From the IMG/VR virus record IMGVR_UViG_3300043438_000518, positions 1 to 64,000 of that record: a stretch of DNA of 64,000 bases; one strand, written 5' to 3'. Below are positions 17,386-27,706 of this stretch, piece by piece. The notes below the pieces were generated by a model. It searched no databases. It had not been told where the DNA came from and was given only the letters and a program-made list of their open reading frames with translations. Position 1 is the stretch's first letter; the number at the start of each line of letters is the position of its first letter. A program made the translations under genes and the position numbers. Origin of the DNA: a virus (lineage: Duplodnaviria > Caudoviricetes).

Positions 17386-19251
17386 ATGTCTACTTGTCTT
17401 GATTGTTTCGGAACATATACAAACACTCCCTGCGATTCTGTAGGATGTTTGTCAACTAATTACGCTAAATGTATTACCTATTCTGGACTTCCTTTGTACT
17501 GCGGTACAGGAGCAGTAGGTAGTGTTAGCAAAGCAGGTTTAGCTTTAAGTCCTACAGTTGTTACTGAATACACTGTATCTCCTACAGGAGGATCAGGTTC
17601 TGGAGTTTCTGTTAAAGTTACTCGTACTCCAGGTTCTAATGTTTATACTGTAGTAGTATTATCAGGTGGAAGCGGATACACAGTAGGAAACTTCTTAACT
17701 GTAGCTGGTAGTGCGTTAGGGGGTGCTTCTCCTGCAAATGATTTGACTTTGCAAGTAACTACTCTTGCAGCTATCATTGCTAACGGAGCTAACTTAGATA
17801 CAGTTATTGCTAATCTACACCAACGTATCTGTTTGTCTACTGCAAGTGGTGCAGACTACTCTACATTTGATTATGGATGTTTGAGATTAGGTGGTGCATT
17901 AACTAGCTTAGGTACTCCTATTACAACTGTAGAAGGATTTGCTGAATCAGCTTCTGCTGCTTTGTGTGCATTAAACATTCGTACTCTTGCATTAGAGACT
18001 CCTGCATTCACAGTCCCTGGTTGTATCTCTTTAACTTCAGGTGTATCTACTATTAGTCAAATCTTAACTGCTTATGGAGCTAAGATCTGTTCTATCAATA
18101 CTCAGTTAGATTTAAGCGGAGTAACTGCAGGTTGCTTTACTACTGCTCCTTCTTCTACTGCTGACTTACAAGTTTGGTTTGATTGGGTAGTAACTAACGT
18201 TTGTTCTATTAAGACAACTACAGATGCTAACGTAACTTCAGTAACTACTAACGCTAACAACTTAAAGACTTATATCTCAGGTGGAAGTGCAGTACCTGCT
18301 TCTATTGATACTTCTTGTATCACAGGAGGATCTAGCACTAGTACTTTAAGTGCAGCTGCTATCTTGTTTACAAGTCAGATCTGTGCTATCAATACTACCT
18401 TAGCGACTATCCCAGCTACAAACTACACTTTAACTTGGGCTACTAACTTTGGAACTACTCCTTACTACGGATATACTTTTAACTATACAAATACTTCTGA
18501 TACTCTTTCTAACCAGCTAACTAAGATTGTTGCTGCATTGGGAAGAATGAAGATGAAGTTAAATGCTTCTGACTTTACAGCATCAAGCGACTCTGATGGA
18601 TTGAATGTATCCTTGGCTTCAGGAGTTCGCTTTACTTGTTCTCAATTAAACTCTTGTTCAATTACTAGCTTAGCAGATGTAACCTCTACCTCACCTGCAG
18701 CTTATCATAGTTTGTTCTGGAATGGATCTGAGTATGTAAACAAAGAATTGATCTTTACTTCTACTGCAGGTACAGTAGCAATCACACGTGCAAACAATGC
18801 AGGAAACATTACCGTAAACTTAGAAGTAGCAGGTGCAAGTATCACTACAGCAGTAACTACTCCTAGGACTGTTTCCAATATGAGTGTTGTCCCTTCAACT
18901 AGATACTCAATTGGATCTCTTCCTAAGTTACATAGGGCAAATGGTATGGTAACCATTTCTGGAACATTTGCAATACAAATTACTGGATCTACTACTTGGG
19001 CACATCATCAGTTGATTGACTTCTTGGATATCCCTACAGGATATCTGAACGCTAATCCTGAGTATTTCCACGTAGCAATCTACACCTACACTGCAGCCTC
19101 TCCTTCAATTCCTACAGCAGTTGCTCAAGGTCTTGCAGCTTTATCTGGAGGTAGTGTATTGATTTACTTAATCAATCCTGCAGGAACTTTGAGTTTCTCA
19201 GCAGGTGATTCTTTAGAAATTGTACTAGGCGGCAACACCTATAAAGTATAA
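17386..19251 (+). CDS. Putative tail fibre / receptor-binding protein
   Basis: Thr/Ser/Cys-rich; GGSGYTVG repeat, short coiled segments and a beta-rich C-terminal domain; ATG at 17386. Confidence 0.65.
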   Translation: MSTCLDCFGTYTNTPCDSVGCLSTNYAKCITYSGLPLYCGTGAVGSVSKAGLALSPTVVTEYTVSPTGGSGSGVSVKVTRTPGSNVYTVVVLSGGSGYTVGNFLTVAGSALGGASPANDLTLQVTTLAAIIANGANLDTVIANLHQRICLSTASGADYSTFDYGCLRLGGALTSLGTPITTVEGFAESASAALCALNIRTLALETPAFTVPGCISLTSGVSTISQILTAYGAKICSINTQLDLSGVTAGCFTTAPSSTADLQVWFDWVVTNVCSIKTTTDANVTSVTTNANNLKTYISGGSAVPASIDTSCITGGSSTSTLSAAAILFTSQICAINTTLATIPATNYTLTWATNFGTTPYYGYTFNYTNTSDTLSNQLTKIVAALGRMKMKLNASDFTASSDSDGLNVSLASGVRFTCSQLNSCSITSLADVTSTSPAAYHSLFWNGSEYVNKELIFTSTAGTVAITRANNAGNITVNLEVAGASITTAVTTPRTVSNMSVVPSTRYSIGSLPKLHRANGMVTISGTFAIQITGSTTWAHHQLIDFLDIPTGYLNANPEYFHVAIYTYTAASPSIPTAVAQGLAALSGGSVLIYLINPAGTLSFSAGDSLEIVLGGNTYKV

Positions 19252-19297
19252 TAAAAATCTTGGCAGGGTTTTTTTGGTTGGTTTTCCTGTCATCTTG

Positions 19298-19335
19298 CTA
19301 GTAGGAGCCTGCGAAAGTGGGCTCTTCTAGTTCTT
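19298..19335 (+). terminator. Intrinsic terminator
   Basis: CTAGTAGGAGCCTGC-GAAA-GTGGGCTCTTCTAG-TTCTT with a GNRA loop. Confidence 0.75.
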
Positions 19336-19345
19336 AAATAAACAC

Positions 19346-19376
19346 TTGACTTAAAGTTAAAATTAATTTATATTTG
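19346..19376 (+). promoter_or_regulatory. Bacteroidota-type promoter for the tail module
   Basis: TTG(AC)-N20-TATATTTG. Confidence 0.75.
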
Positions 19377-19410
19377 TAATAAGCCTTAAATTAACCCAAA
19401 CTATATACTA

Positions 19411-20052
19411 ATGTATACTAACTCAGACTTAATCGCTAGGGTAAAGAGCGCTAACAAGTTCATCAGTGATGATGATATGATTAGTGACCGCTATATTTAC
19501 GGCTTATTAAAAACTAAAGCTTCTACACTATTACGTAGAGAAATCAACTTACGAAGACTTCTTACTTCAGATAATGTGTATCAAGCATATGAGTGTTTAC
19601 ATTTAATTGAGGCTCCCGGTTCTGAATGTGATCTTAACTGTCCTATACGTAGAAGCAAAAACAAACTACCAAAAATAGATGAGGGGTTGTATTCGTACTT
19701 TATTCAGGGGGTGTTCAACACTTCTAACTCGCAGGAACTTTTTCCTACTACTATTAGAGATTTTATTAATCATAATTCTTTACGTTTTAAGACCCCTAAA
19801 AAGTACTATACTATCCGCAATGGATATCTTTACGTTTTAGATCCAGATGTAGAGTGTGTGAATATGTACGCTTACTTTACTGAGTCTATCGAAGATCTTG
19901 ATGGCTCACAGTGTATGAGTATGTATGATAAACAATTTAAGTTTCCTGGCTACTTGCTGGATACTTTGATTGAAATGTGTAATCAGTCTTTAATCAACTA
20001 TCATAAGTTGCCTTACGAGACTGAAGACAACAACAGGGATGAACCCAACTAA
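19411..20052 (+). CDS. Tail ring/adaptor protein
   Basis: Synteny; ISDRYI...KYYTIRNGYLY...FPGYL pattern of crAss-like ring proteins. Confidence 0.55.
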   Translation: MYTNSDLIARVKSANKFISDDDMISDRYIYGLLKTKASTLLRREINLRRLLTSDNVYQAYECLHLIEAPGSECDLNCPIRRSKNKLPKIDEGLYSYFIQGVFNTSNSQELFPTTIRDFINHNSLRFKTPKKYYTIRNGYLYVLDPDVECVNMYAYFTESIEDLDGSQCMSMYDKQFKFPGYLLDTLIEMCNQSLINYHKLPYETEDNNRDEPN

Positions 20053-20054
20053 TT

Positions 20055-20543
20055 ATGTCGAAAGACTTTATAAAACCAAACCCAAGAAAACAAGTTAGGA
20101 AAAAAGAGAAGGATACAACTTCGGATACGAACTATCTTTCCCTTAGAGCCTACCATCTGTTCTTAAAAGAAACTAAACGCAAAGACATTACCTATAAGCA
20201 GTTTTGTGGCATTCCTAAAAAGATTCACATTAAACTTATAGAGAGGTTATTACGTGGAAGATACTCACTGCGGTTTCCAAACTTCGGATCAATTAAAATT
20301 GTAAAGACTGAAAATGCGATTAAAGAAGGTAAACATACAATTATTAACTGGAAGCTCTACAATGAAACTGGCATCAAGGTGCCTTATAGAAATTCACATA
20401 CCGATGGTGCAGTCTATAAATTTCATTTGTATCCATATTCTAAACGAATAGTTGAGTTTGGTTTCTACGATCTAAGAATGTCTAACAGACATAAAACAGC
20501 CTTAGCTCAAGCAATCAAAGACAACAAACTAAATATAAGGTAA
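20055..20543 (+). CDS. Basic HU/IHF-like protein
   Basis: LIERLLRGRYSLRFPNFGSIKIVK; the position before the tail tubular gene is conserved in crAss-like phages. Confidence 0.65.
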   Translation: MSKDFIKPNPRKQVRKKEKDTTSDTNYLSLRAYHLFLKETKRKDITYKQFCGIPKKIHIKLIERLLRGRYSLRFPNFGSIKIVKTENAIKEGKHTIINWKLYNETGIKVPYRNSHTDGAVYKFHLYPYSKRIVEFGFYDLRMSNRHKTALAQAIKDNKLNIR

Positions 20544-20554
20544 ACTAAAATAAA

Positions 20555-21397
20555 ATGAAATACGATAACACTAACTTTATTTCCTCTGAGCCTTTAGTTG
20601 CTGAAGTAAAGCAAGAGCTCAAGTCGTACTTTGAAGCTGGTGCTATCAGTGAGGTTCTTATTCCTACTTTCATTGATCAGGCTTTACGCAAACTTCGTGT
20701 AATGGTATTGAAGCCTGAAGAAGCTGTACTTACTTTCTCTAATTATAAATCTGAATTACCCTGTGACTTTTCTTTGTTAGACTATGCTTTGATTTACGAA
20801 GCAGATGTACAATGGACTTCAGGTGTTAATTCTATGCAGGGATACTGGTGGCAGAATCTAGAATGTACTGGAGGTTGTGATGCAGGAGACTGTGTCAAGC
20901 AAGAAAACTATTACGAGACTATCAGTGTACCTACACCCGGTTTTAAGATTACTATGCAACACCCTAAGATGCTTAGAGTGTATCATGGTTCTAAGACTAT
21001 GTGTATTGAGGGTTGTGAAAACCTCAATGTGTCGTCAGCTGATGTATTACAAATTTATCCAAATAAAACAGTTAGTGCAACGTTTGAAACAGGTTGTGTT
21101 TTCCTTAGATATTACTCACGTCCAATGGACGATGATAACATACCTATGGTGCCAGAAATTCTTGAGATTGAAGAGTATGTCAAGTCTTATCTTAAGTTTA
21201 AATTTTTTGAGCAGCTTTGGCATTCAGTAGTAGACGAAAGTCAACGTCAAGTAGAGTCTAAGTTTCAGTACTACAGACAAGATCAATTAAATAAGTTACA
21301 AGCTGCTAATGGTTACTTGTTAACCTACACTAAACAGCAGATGGCTGATAACGTAGCCCGTACTAAAAATCGCTTTACTAAGTTCCATATCTCCTAA
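20555..21397 (+). CDS. Tail tubular/ring protein
   Basis: ELPCDF and DDDNIPMVPE motifs; directly upstream of the stabilisation protein. Confidence 0.7.
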   Translation: MKYDNTNFISSEPLVAEVKQELKSYFEAGAISEVLIPTFIDQALRKLRVMVLKPEEAVLTFSNYKSELPCDFSLLDYALIYEADVQWTSGVNSMQGYWWQNLECTGGCDAGDCVKQENYYETISVPTPGFKITMQHPKMLRVYHGSKTMCIEGCENLNVSSADVLQIYPNKTVSATFETGCVFLRYYSRPMDDDNIPMVPEILEIEEYVKSYLKFKFFEQLWHSVVDESQRQVESKFQYYRQDQLNKLQAANGYLLTYTKQQMADNVARTKNRFTKFHIS

Positions 21398-21402
21398 GTT
21401 TA

Positions 21403-24400
21403 ATGGATAACAAGATCAATCAAAATATAGCAGGTTTAAACCTTGATTCGGTTAATTACCAGATCAAGGAGAACATGATTACGTTTGCTCTAAACGCAAA
21501 CATTCAGTCTCATGATGGTAACTCTACCACATACACTAACGAATCTTCTAACCAGTTATGTTTTGATTTTACTTCTCAGTATCCAGGGTATAAGATTGTA
21601 GGTAACCTCAGTATCTTAGAACAATCTAAACTTATTGTTTTCTTAGCTCATCCTGATGGAAGATCCTTAATAGGCGAAATAACTAACTTAGATAAAGATT
21701 GTACAACATTAACTGAAACTGAAAAGGATTGCGGTTGTGTATCTGGTACAGTAGTTACTAGTACGGTAGGTTCACAATTAGGGGAGTCTTTAGATACCTG
21801 TTGTACCTTCACCCCTTTAATCGTAGATGATTGCTGCCAAGAAACAGGTGGTTGTTATTTCTATTCAGTAGAATCAACTGAAGAAACAGGAGAGTCAAAT
21901 CAAGCTTATACAGTTAACTGGACAGACTGTAGTGGTCAACCACAGAGTCAAACTTTTTTTGGTATAGGCTTCTTCTTAGCTCGTAGAGGTGAGTATGTAC
22001 TTCCACCTAACGTAAGACTGATTAGTGAAGTATACGAAGGGGGAGAAACTCCTTGTGAACCAGGAGGAGGATGTTGCTTAAAGTTATCAGTAGACTTTCC
22101 TGTGTATGCAGAGTATCGTATAGATAACTGTGAAACTAAAGTATACTTTGTTGCTCGTAACATACAACCTCGTTATTTCTCATTAGAGGAACCTTTGGGT
22201 AGGGATCAATGTGGTGAACCCATTACATCTCTTTCAAACGCTTGTGAGCGCTTAAAACTATTCCCAGACTTCTGTCAGCCTGAAGTGTATCCTACTGCAG
22301 TTGATTCAGGAGGAAGACTTAAGGGTGGTGTATATTCTTTCTCTGTAGCTTATGCAGATGAGAACGGTAAGGAACTTACAGACTATATTGATTTCTGTAA
22401 CCCTATTCCAATCTTTGAGAGAGCTATTACTGAACAAACTGAATACGAAACTTCTAAATCTATTAGAGTCTCTATAGATCATAAAACTGCAATCTTTGAT
22501 TACTTTAACTTAACTGTTGCAGAAAACATTAACGAAGTAACTACATACCACTTGGTAGGTACTTACAGAGTGAATCAAAGTTCTTTATCTGATTCTATTA
22601 TTTATACAGGAGATTACTCTTCTACCTTCTCTTCTATTACTCCTTTAATCCGTAGTCCTCATTACGAGCATGCTGAGATTATCGAGAAACAGAATGACAT
22701 TTTAATATTAGCTGATTTAGTAGAGACTCCTAAGTACAACTTCCAACCTATTGCAAATCAGATCCAACTTAGGTGGGAAACTGTACAGATGCCAGTAGAT
22801 AAGAAGTTTGACTACTCTAATCCAGAAGTTGCTTATTTCTTCCGCACTTATCAGAGAGATGAGGTTTATCCATTTGGTATTAAGTTTAAACTAAAGAACG
22901 GTAAGTATACAGATGTATTTCATATTCCTGGAAGACTTGCTAACAGTACAGACTTTGATCCTATGGATCCTGCTAACAAAGACGTGTTTCATATTGTTAA
23001 CGATTGTATAGCAGAAGAACAGTCTTTACGTTGGCAAGTATACAATACAGGATCTAAGGGTTTAATGTACTCTCAAAATCCTGCAAACAAACAAGAAGAA
23101 CAATACTCTTGTGCTATAGTACCAGGAGAAGCAGGACAGTTTGCTTATTGGGAATCTACAGAAACTTATCCTTGTTATGAAGAAGTATGGGGAGACTTAG
23201 CAGGTCAACCTATTCGTCACCATAAGTTTCCTGATAGTGCTATTACACACATCCACAAGAATGATGAACCAATCATCTATCCTATAGGAGTACGTGTACA
23301 GGAAACAGTATTTGAATCTATAGTAAATAACACCACTGTTTACGATCCCTTAAACACTTATGGTAATCATCAGATTCCTGTTAAGGAACTTATCTGTGGA
23401 TATGAGTTGGTAAGGGGTAACCGTGTAAATAACAAATCAGTTATTGCTAAGGGACTTGTGTATGATGTAGGAACCTTTCACGATGAAGATACTGGTAAGA
23501 ATTACTACTACCCTAACTATCCTTATAACGATAGAGGTCCTGATGCTTTTATTAAAACAGATTCTAAGTTTTACGACAAAGGAGATAGAGGAGAGTTTGA
23601 CTTCCCTATGCACAGTGGATTTGTAAATCCTGTTTTATATGGAACAGAAAGATTTACTTTTCATTCACCTGATACTCACTTCCAGTATCCTAAGATTGGT
23701 ACAGAACTTAAACTAGAAACCTTAGAACACGGAATTGTAAAAGGTCACTTTGTTCCTGTATTAGATCATCCTAAATATAAAATAATAGGTAAGGGTACTA
23801 ATCTTCTATCTGCATCAATTGCTACGCTTTTATCTTACGTTACAAGTTCTGAGTCTGATCTCGGTGTCACAGCAGGTTCTAGATCTGTTTTTGAGGGTAG
23901 AGTAACAGAAATTATTACTAACACTTCTATTATGAAAGACTTAATTGAAAAGTCTCTTTCTTATAGAGAGTTAGCATGGCAATACAATTCAGTAGGTAAC
24001 TATACTAAATACGAGTCTATTCCTAATACTGGAAACAAACGAAGAGTATTAGATATCGGACTTTATGCTAATGATAAGATAGTTGAGTTAAATGATAATT
24101 TTCCTCTACATAACAGACTTAGAGAAACTTCTGTTTATCTAAAGACAAACGAGCCTCTAGAAAATAACTTTTTATTAATTAGAGATACTACAAGGTTTAC
24201 AATTTCTCAAGCAGGATTAGAAGATAATCCTTCTAAGATTGTAGAGTCAAATACTAGAGCCTACTATTCTTCAATTAAAAGAAACTTTCCTAATCAGTAC
24301 GGTCCTATAGAAAATATTAAATACGTTTCTACTGGATACAGTGCTGATGTAAGTTTAGATGATTCTGGATACTTAAAAGTAGAAAGAACTTTCTATCCTG

Positions 24401-26493
24401 CATTTGGAGGAGACACTTATATTAATCAGTTTGCACTTAAACGTAAACACTCGTTCTTTACTCGTAACTTAGCTAACTTACCAGCTAAGGTAGATAATGT
24501 TCCTTTTGATTACTGGTTGTTTCCTAACTTAGGATATCCTACCTATTATGCAGGTAACTCCTCGGAACCTATTACTGCAGGAGATATAGCTGGATCTTTA
24601 ACTGCTCTTGGATTAGCTATAGCAGCAAAGAAAGCTCCTGCTTTACTTAACTTAGGATCACAAGCTGCAGCAGCTGCAGACCTCGCAGCTAATGCTGCTT
24701 TTGTAACTGCTTTTGCTTCTGTGTTAAATGATTATATTCCAAAAATTAATCTTGACTCAGCAAATAGTACTGCAGATGTAGACCGAGATGGATTCTTCTA
24801 CACAGCTTCTTATGGTATACCAGTATTCTATGTAGAGTCTGATATTAACGTAGACTTGCGTCATGGAAGAAATGACTTAGAAGAGAACTTCTATCCTAAC
24901 GTAGGAGATGGTATCCCAGATGACTGGTTGCATGAAGTAAACGTACCTATTAAGTTTGACAACTTCTATAGCTACAATGCTACTTACTCTGCACAGAACT
25001 TAAGTCCTAACTTACCTTATAGATTAAAGTATCCTTCTTTAGAGTGTTTGTCTATTCACCATAACCGTGTAATCTATTCTGATCCTGCAAACTCTTCTAA
25101 CTATCTTTCAGATGCTTGGAGAGTATTTCGTCCAGGTAATTTCTATGACTTCCCTAAGCAAGGAGGACGCTTAGTTGACTTAAATGCAGGAGAGAACGAA
25201 AGAGTATATGCTAGGTTTGAAAATACTACTAAGGTTTACAACTCTCGTATTACTCTAAGCACTACTTCTCCTTATCAGTTAGAGATTGGTAATGCAGAGA
25301 TGTTCAAACAGAAGCCTGTTGACTTGGCTAAGAGTGATCTAGGTTATATTGGAACTCAACACAAAGCTTATGTTAAGTGTGAGTACGGAACATTCTGGGT
25401 AGACGCTAAACGTGGGCATATCTATCAAATTACTGGAGACGGGTTTAACGAGATTAAAACAGAAAACAATTACAACTGGTTTAAGCAAAACTTACCTTTC
25501 CAAATCCTTAAAGATATTCCCAATGCAGACATTGACAATCCTCCTATTGGATTAGGTATTGTTATGGGATGGGATGAAAGATACGAGAGAGTGTTTATTA
25601 CTAAGTTAGATTACAGAGTCAAGCCTGAGTATAGACCTGGAAGTGCGTCAGTTGTACGATATATTACAGACGTGGCAGATAGTAATTATCTTAAGTATGT
25701 AGTAGATAGTGGAAGTATACAGATAGTAATTTCTTTTGGAGATCCAGCTTTCTTTGAGAACAAGTCTTGGACAGTAGCTTACTCCCCTAAGTTAAAGAAC
25801 TTTATTTCTTTTTACTCTTTCCTTCCTAACTTCTTTGTTCCTTTACTTGGTCATTTCCAAACTTTGATTAATACTTCTACAGGAGCATCTACTTGGAATC
25901 ATAACTTGTCTATCTATACTTATCAGAATTACTACAACAAGTTGTATCCTTATATTCTAGAGTATAATGTAAACTCTTTCCCGCAAGTATCTACAATTAA
26001 CTCTGTTACTTTGATGCAGGACATTCAGGAATACTATTCTGATTACGAGTACTATTCTTTGTCTACTGCTAACAAGAAAAACTTAGCAAACTTTACTAAG
26101 GCTATTATTTATAACAAAGAACAGTCTACTGGTATCATTAAGTTGATTCCTGAAGAGTTTGGTAACACAAGACAGAAGATTACCTATCCTAGAATGACAG
26201 CAACAGGCATAGAAGCTCTTATCTCTCGTAGAGAACACTTGTATACCTTTAATGGATTTTGGAACGTTGCAGCTCAAGGAAATGGTCAACCTCTATGGTC
26301 GACTCAGTGGAGTGACTTAGTTACTCAATACCCTATAGACAAAGTACCTAATACTAAGAGTGTAAGACCTGTGTCTGTATCTTATCAAAAGTCTAAGATC
26401 AAATCTGATTTTGCTAAAGTAAGATTGATTCAAGATCAGTACTCTAGATTTAAGTTTATTAACACCATTCAAATAACCCAAACCAACCCATAA
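21403..26493 (+). CDS. Tail stabilisation (muzzle, P22 gp10-like) protein
   Basis: 1696 aa; GLNLDS start, YQRDEVYPFGI, IRHHKFPD, FGGDTYI, SWTVAYS...FISFYSFLP. Confidence 0.8.
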   Translation: MDNKINQNIAGLNLDSVNYQIKENMITFALNANIQSHDGNSTTYTNESSNQLCFDFTSQYPGYKIVGNLSILEQSKLIVFLAHPDGRSLIGEITNLDKDCTTLTETEKDCGCVSGTVVTSTVGSQLGESLDTCCTFTPLIVDDCCQETGGCYFYSVESTEETGESNQAYTVNWTDCSGQPQSQTFFGIGFFLARRGEYVLPPNVRLISEVYEGGETPCEPGGGCCLKLSVDFPVYAEYRIDNCETKVYFVARNIQPRYFSLEEPLGRDQCGEPITSLSNACERLKLFPDFCQPEVYPTAVDSGGRLKGGVYSFSVAYADENGKELTDYIDFCNPIPIFERAITEQTEYETSKSIRVSIDHKTAIFDYFNLTVAENINEVTTYHLVGTYRVNQSSLSDSIIYTGDYSSTFSSITPLIRSPHYEHAEIIEKQNDILILADLVETPKYNFQPIANQIQLRWETVQMPVDKKFDYSNPEVAYFFRTYQRDEVYPFGIKFKLKNGKYTDVFHIPGRLANSTDFDPMDPANKDVFHIVNDCIAEEQSLRWQVYNTGSKGLMYSQNPANKQEEQYSCAIVPGEAGQFAYWESTETYPCYEEVWGDLAGQPIRHHKFPDSAITHIHKNDEPIIYPIGVRVQETVFESIVNNTTVYDPLNTYGNHQIPVKELICGYELVRGNRVNNKSVIAKGLVYDVGTFHDEDTGKNYYYPNYPYNDRGPDAFIKTDSKFYDKGDRGEFDFPMHSGFVNPVLYGTERFTFHSPDTHFQYPKIGTELKLETLEHGIVKGHFVPVLDHPKYKIIGKGTNLLSASIATLLSYVTSSESDLGVTAGSRSVFEGRVTEIITNTSIMKDLIEKSLSYRELAWQYNSVGNYTKYESIPNTGNKRRVLDIGLYANDKIVELNDNFPLHNRLRETSVYLKTNEPLENNFLLIRDTTRFTISQAGLEDNPSKIVESNTRAYYSSIKRNFPNQYGPIENIKYVSTGYSADVSLDDSGYLKVERTFYPAFGGDTYINQFALKRKHSFFTRNLANLPAKVDNVPFDYWLFPNLGYPTYYAGNSSEPITAGDIAGSLTALGLAIAAKKAPALLNLGSQAAAAADLAANAAFVTAFASVLNDYIPKINLDSANSTADVDRDGFFYTASYGIPVFYVESDINVDLRHGRNDLEENFYPNVGDGIPDDWLHEVNVPIKFDNFYSYNATYSAQNLSPNLPYRLKYPSLECLSIHHNRVIYSDPANSSNYLSDAWRVFRPGNFYDFPKQGGRLVDLNAGENERVYARFENTTKVYNSRITLSTTSPYQLEIGNAEMFKQKPVDLAKSDLGYIGTQHKAYVKCEYGTFWVDAKRGHIYQITGDGFNEIKTENNYNWFKQNLPFQILKDIPNADIDNPPIGLGIVMGWDERYERVFITKLDYRVKPEYRPGSASVVRYITDVADSNYLKYVVDSGSIQIVISFGDPAFFENKSWTVAYSPKLKNFISFYSFLPNFFVPLLGHFQTLINTSTGASTWNHNLSIYTYQNYYNKLYPYILEYNVNSFPQVSTINSVTLMQDIQEYYSDYEYYSLSTANKKNLANFTKAIIYNKEQSTGIIKLIPEEFGNTRQKITYPRMTATGIEALISRREHLYTFNGFWNVAAQGNGQPLWSTQWSDLVTQYPIDKVPNTKSVRPVSVSYQKSKIKSDFAKVRLIQDQYSRFKFINTIQITQTNP

Positions 26494-26497
26494 TATC

Positions 26498-26878
26498 ATG
26501 AAAGAAAAAGAACTCTTCACAACAGTTAAACCCGAAATAGTACTGGGACAGTTATTCCAGTCTAGGGACATCATTCACTTAGCTCACTTACAAACAACTT
26601 CGTTTAGTGAGCACAAAGCTTTAGACGGTTACTACTCAGAAGTAATTGGTCTATTAGATGATTTAGTAGAAGCATACTTCGGAACTATTGGAAAACGCTT
26701 AAACTTTAAGATTCCTGGATCAGAGTATATGAATGCTAAAGCTCATCTTACTTACATGAAAGACTATGTAATGAAGCATCGTAATGTATTCGGAAACGAA
26801 AACACCCATCTACAAAATATCGTAGATGAGATCATTGCTTTGATTACTTCTACTTTATATCAATTGACACTAAACTAA
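26498..26878 (+). CDS. Ferritin/Dps-like protein (DUF5856-like)
   Basis: HLAHLQTTSFSEHKALDGYY...DDLVEAYFG...LQNIVDEI four-helix pattern. Confidence 0.7.
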   Translation: MKEKELFTTVKPEIVLGQLFQSRDIIHLAHLQTTSFSEHKALDGYYSEVIGLLDDLVEAYFGTIGKRLNFKIPGSEYMNAKAHLTYMKDYVMKHRNVFGNENTHLQNIVDEIIALITSTLYQLTLN

Positions 26879-26896
26879 ATAACTAAATTAAACTAT

Positions 26897-27703
26897 ATGA
26901 ACCGTTTAAAGAAATCTTATTCTACCTGCATGAGTTGCGGAGGTAAGAAAATGAAATCAGGAGGCAAGTGGATCCAGTCTGCTATTAAAAAGCCAGGATC
27001 TTTTACTGCACAAGCTAAGAATGCTGGTATGTCTGTACCTGCATTTCGTGATAAAGTATTAAGCAACAAAGAAAAGTTTTCTAGTACCACTGTAAAGAGA
27101 GCTAACTTAGCTAAGACTCTTGCAGGAATGCGTAAAGGAGCAGATGGTATGGAAATGGATATGCCTAGAGAAATGGATATGCCTACAGTAAAACCAATTG
27201 ATCCATTAAACATGGCGGCTAAGAGTACTTTAAACCAGTTAGAAGGTTCAAATCTTTCTCCTGAAAGACAGAAGGTAATGAAGTATCAGCAAATGCTTAA
27301 GAGTAAAGGATATAATATTGCTGCTGATGGAGCTTGGGGACCACAAACACAGAAGGCTTATGAGTCTTATATTAAGACTAAAACCTCTACAACTGCTAGT
27401 AAATCCAAGTTAAGTCCTGACTTAGAAGCTATTCATGGAACTCAGAATAAGCCAGTACGTATGCAAGAAATTTCTATTAAAGCTAAGAAGCCTATGAGTA
27501 CAGCTTCTAATTTAAAACAGATGCCAAATACCAGAATGGAACCTGCATATGTTACTAGTGCATTCAACAACCTTTCTAAGTATAAGAAAAACTCTCCTAA
27601 GCAAAACTCTTCTAAGATGTCTCCTTACAAGGGAGTATCTGCTAATGAGAAGTTAGTATTGGATCGCTTAGCTAAATACAAAGCAGGTAAACCACTTCGT
27701 TAA
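26897..27703 (+). CDS. Basic modular protein with a peptidoglycan-binding domain
   Basis: Lys-rich; WIQSAIKKPG...RANLAKTL module; PG_binding_1-like YQQMLKSKGYNIAADGAWGPQTQKAY. Confidence 0.65.
   Translation: MNRLKKSYSTCMSCGGKKMKSGGKWIQSAIKKPGSFTAQAKNAGMSVPAFRDKVLSNKEKFSSTTVKRANLAKTLAGMRKGADGMEMDMPREMDMPTVKPIDPLNMAAKSTLNQLEGSNLSPERQKVMKYQQMLKSKGYNIAADGAWGPQTQKAYESYIKTKTSTTASKSKLSPDLEAIHGTQNKPVRMQEISIKAKKPMSTASNLKQMPNTRMEPAYVTSAFNNLSKYKKNSPKQNSSKMSPYKGVSANEKLVLDRLAKYKAGKPLR
27152..27185 (+). repeat. In-frame tandem duplication with an 18-nt period (EMDMP x2)
   Basis: GAAATGGATATGCCTA occurs twice. Confidence 0.8.
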
Positions 27704-27706
27704 ATT

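Noticed and set aside
17386-19251. Diversity-generating retroelement targeting the fibre gene
   Set aside because: No reverse transcriptase and no template/variable repeat pair seen in the window.
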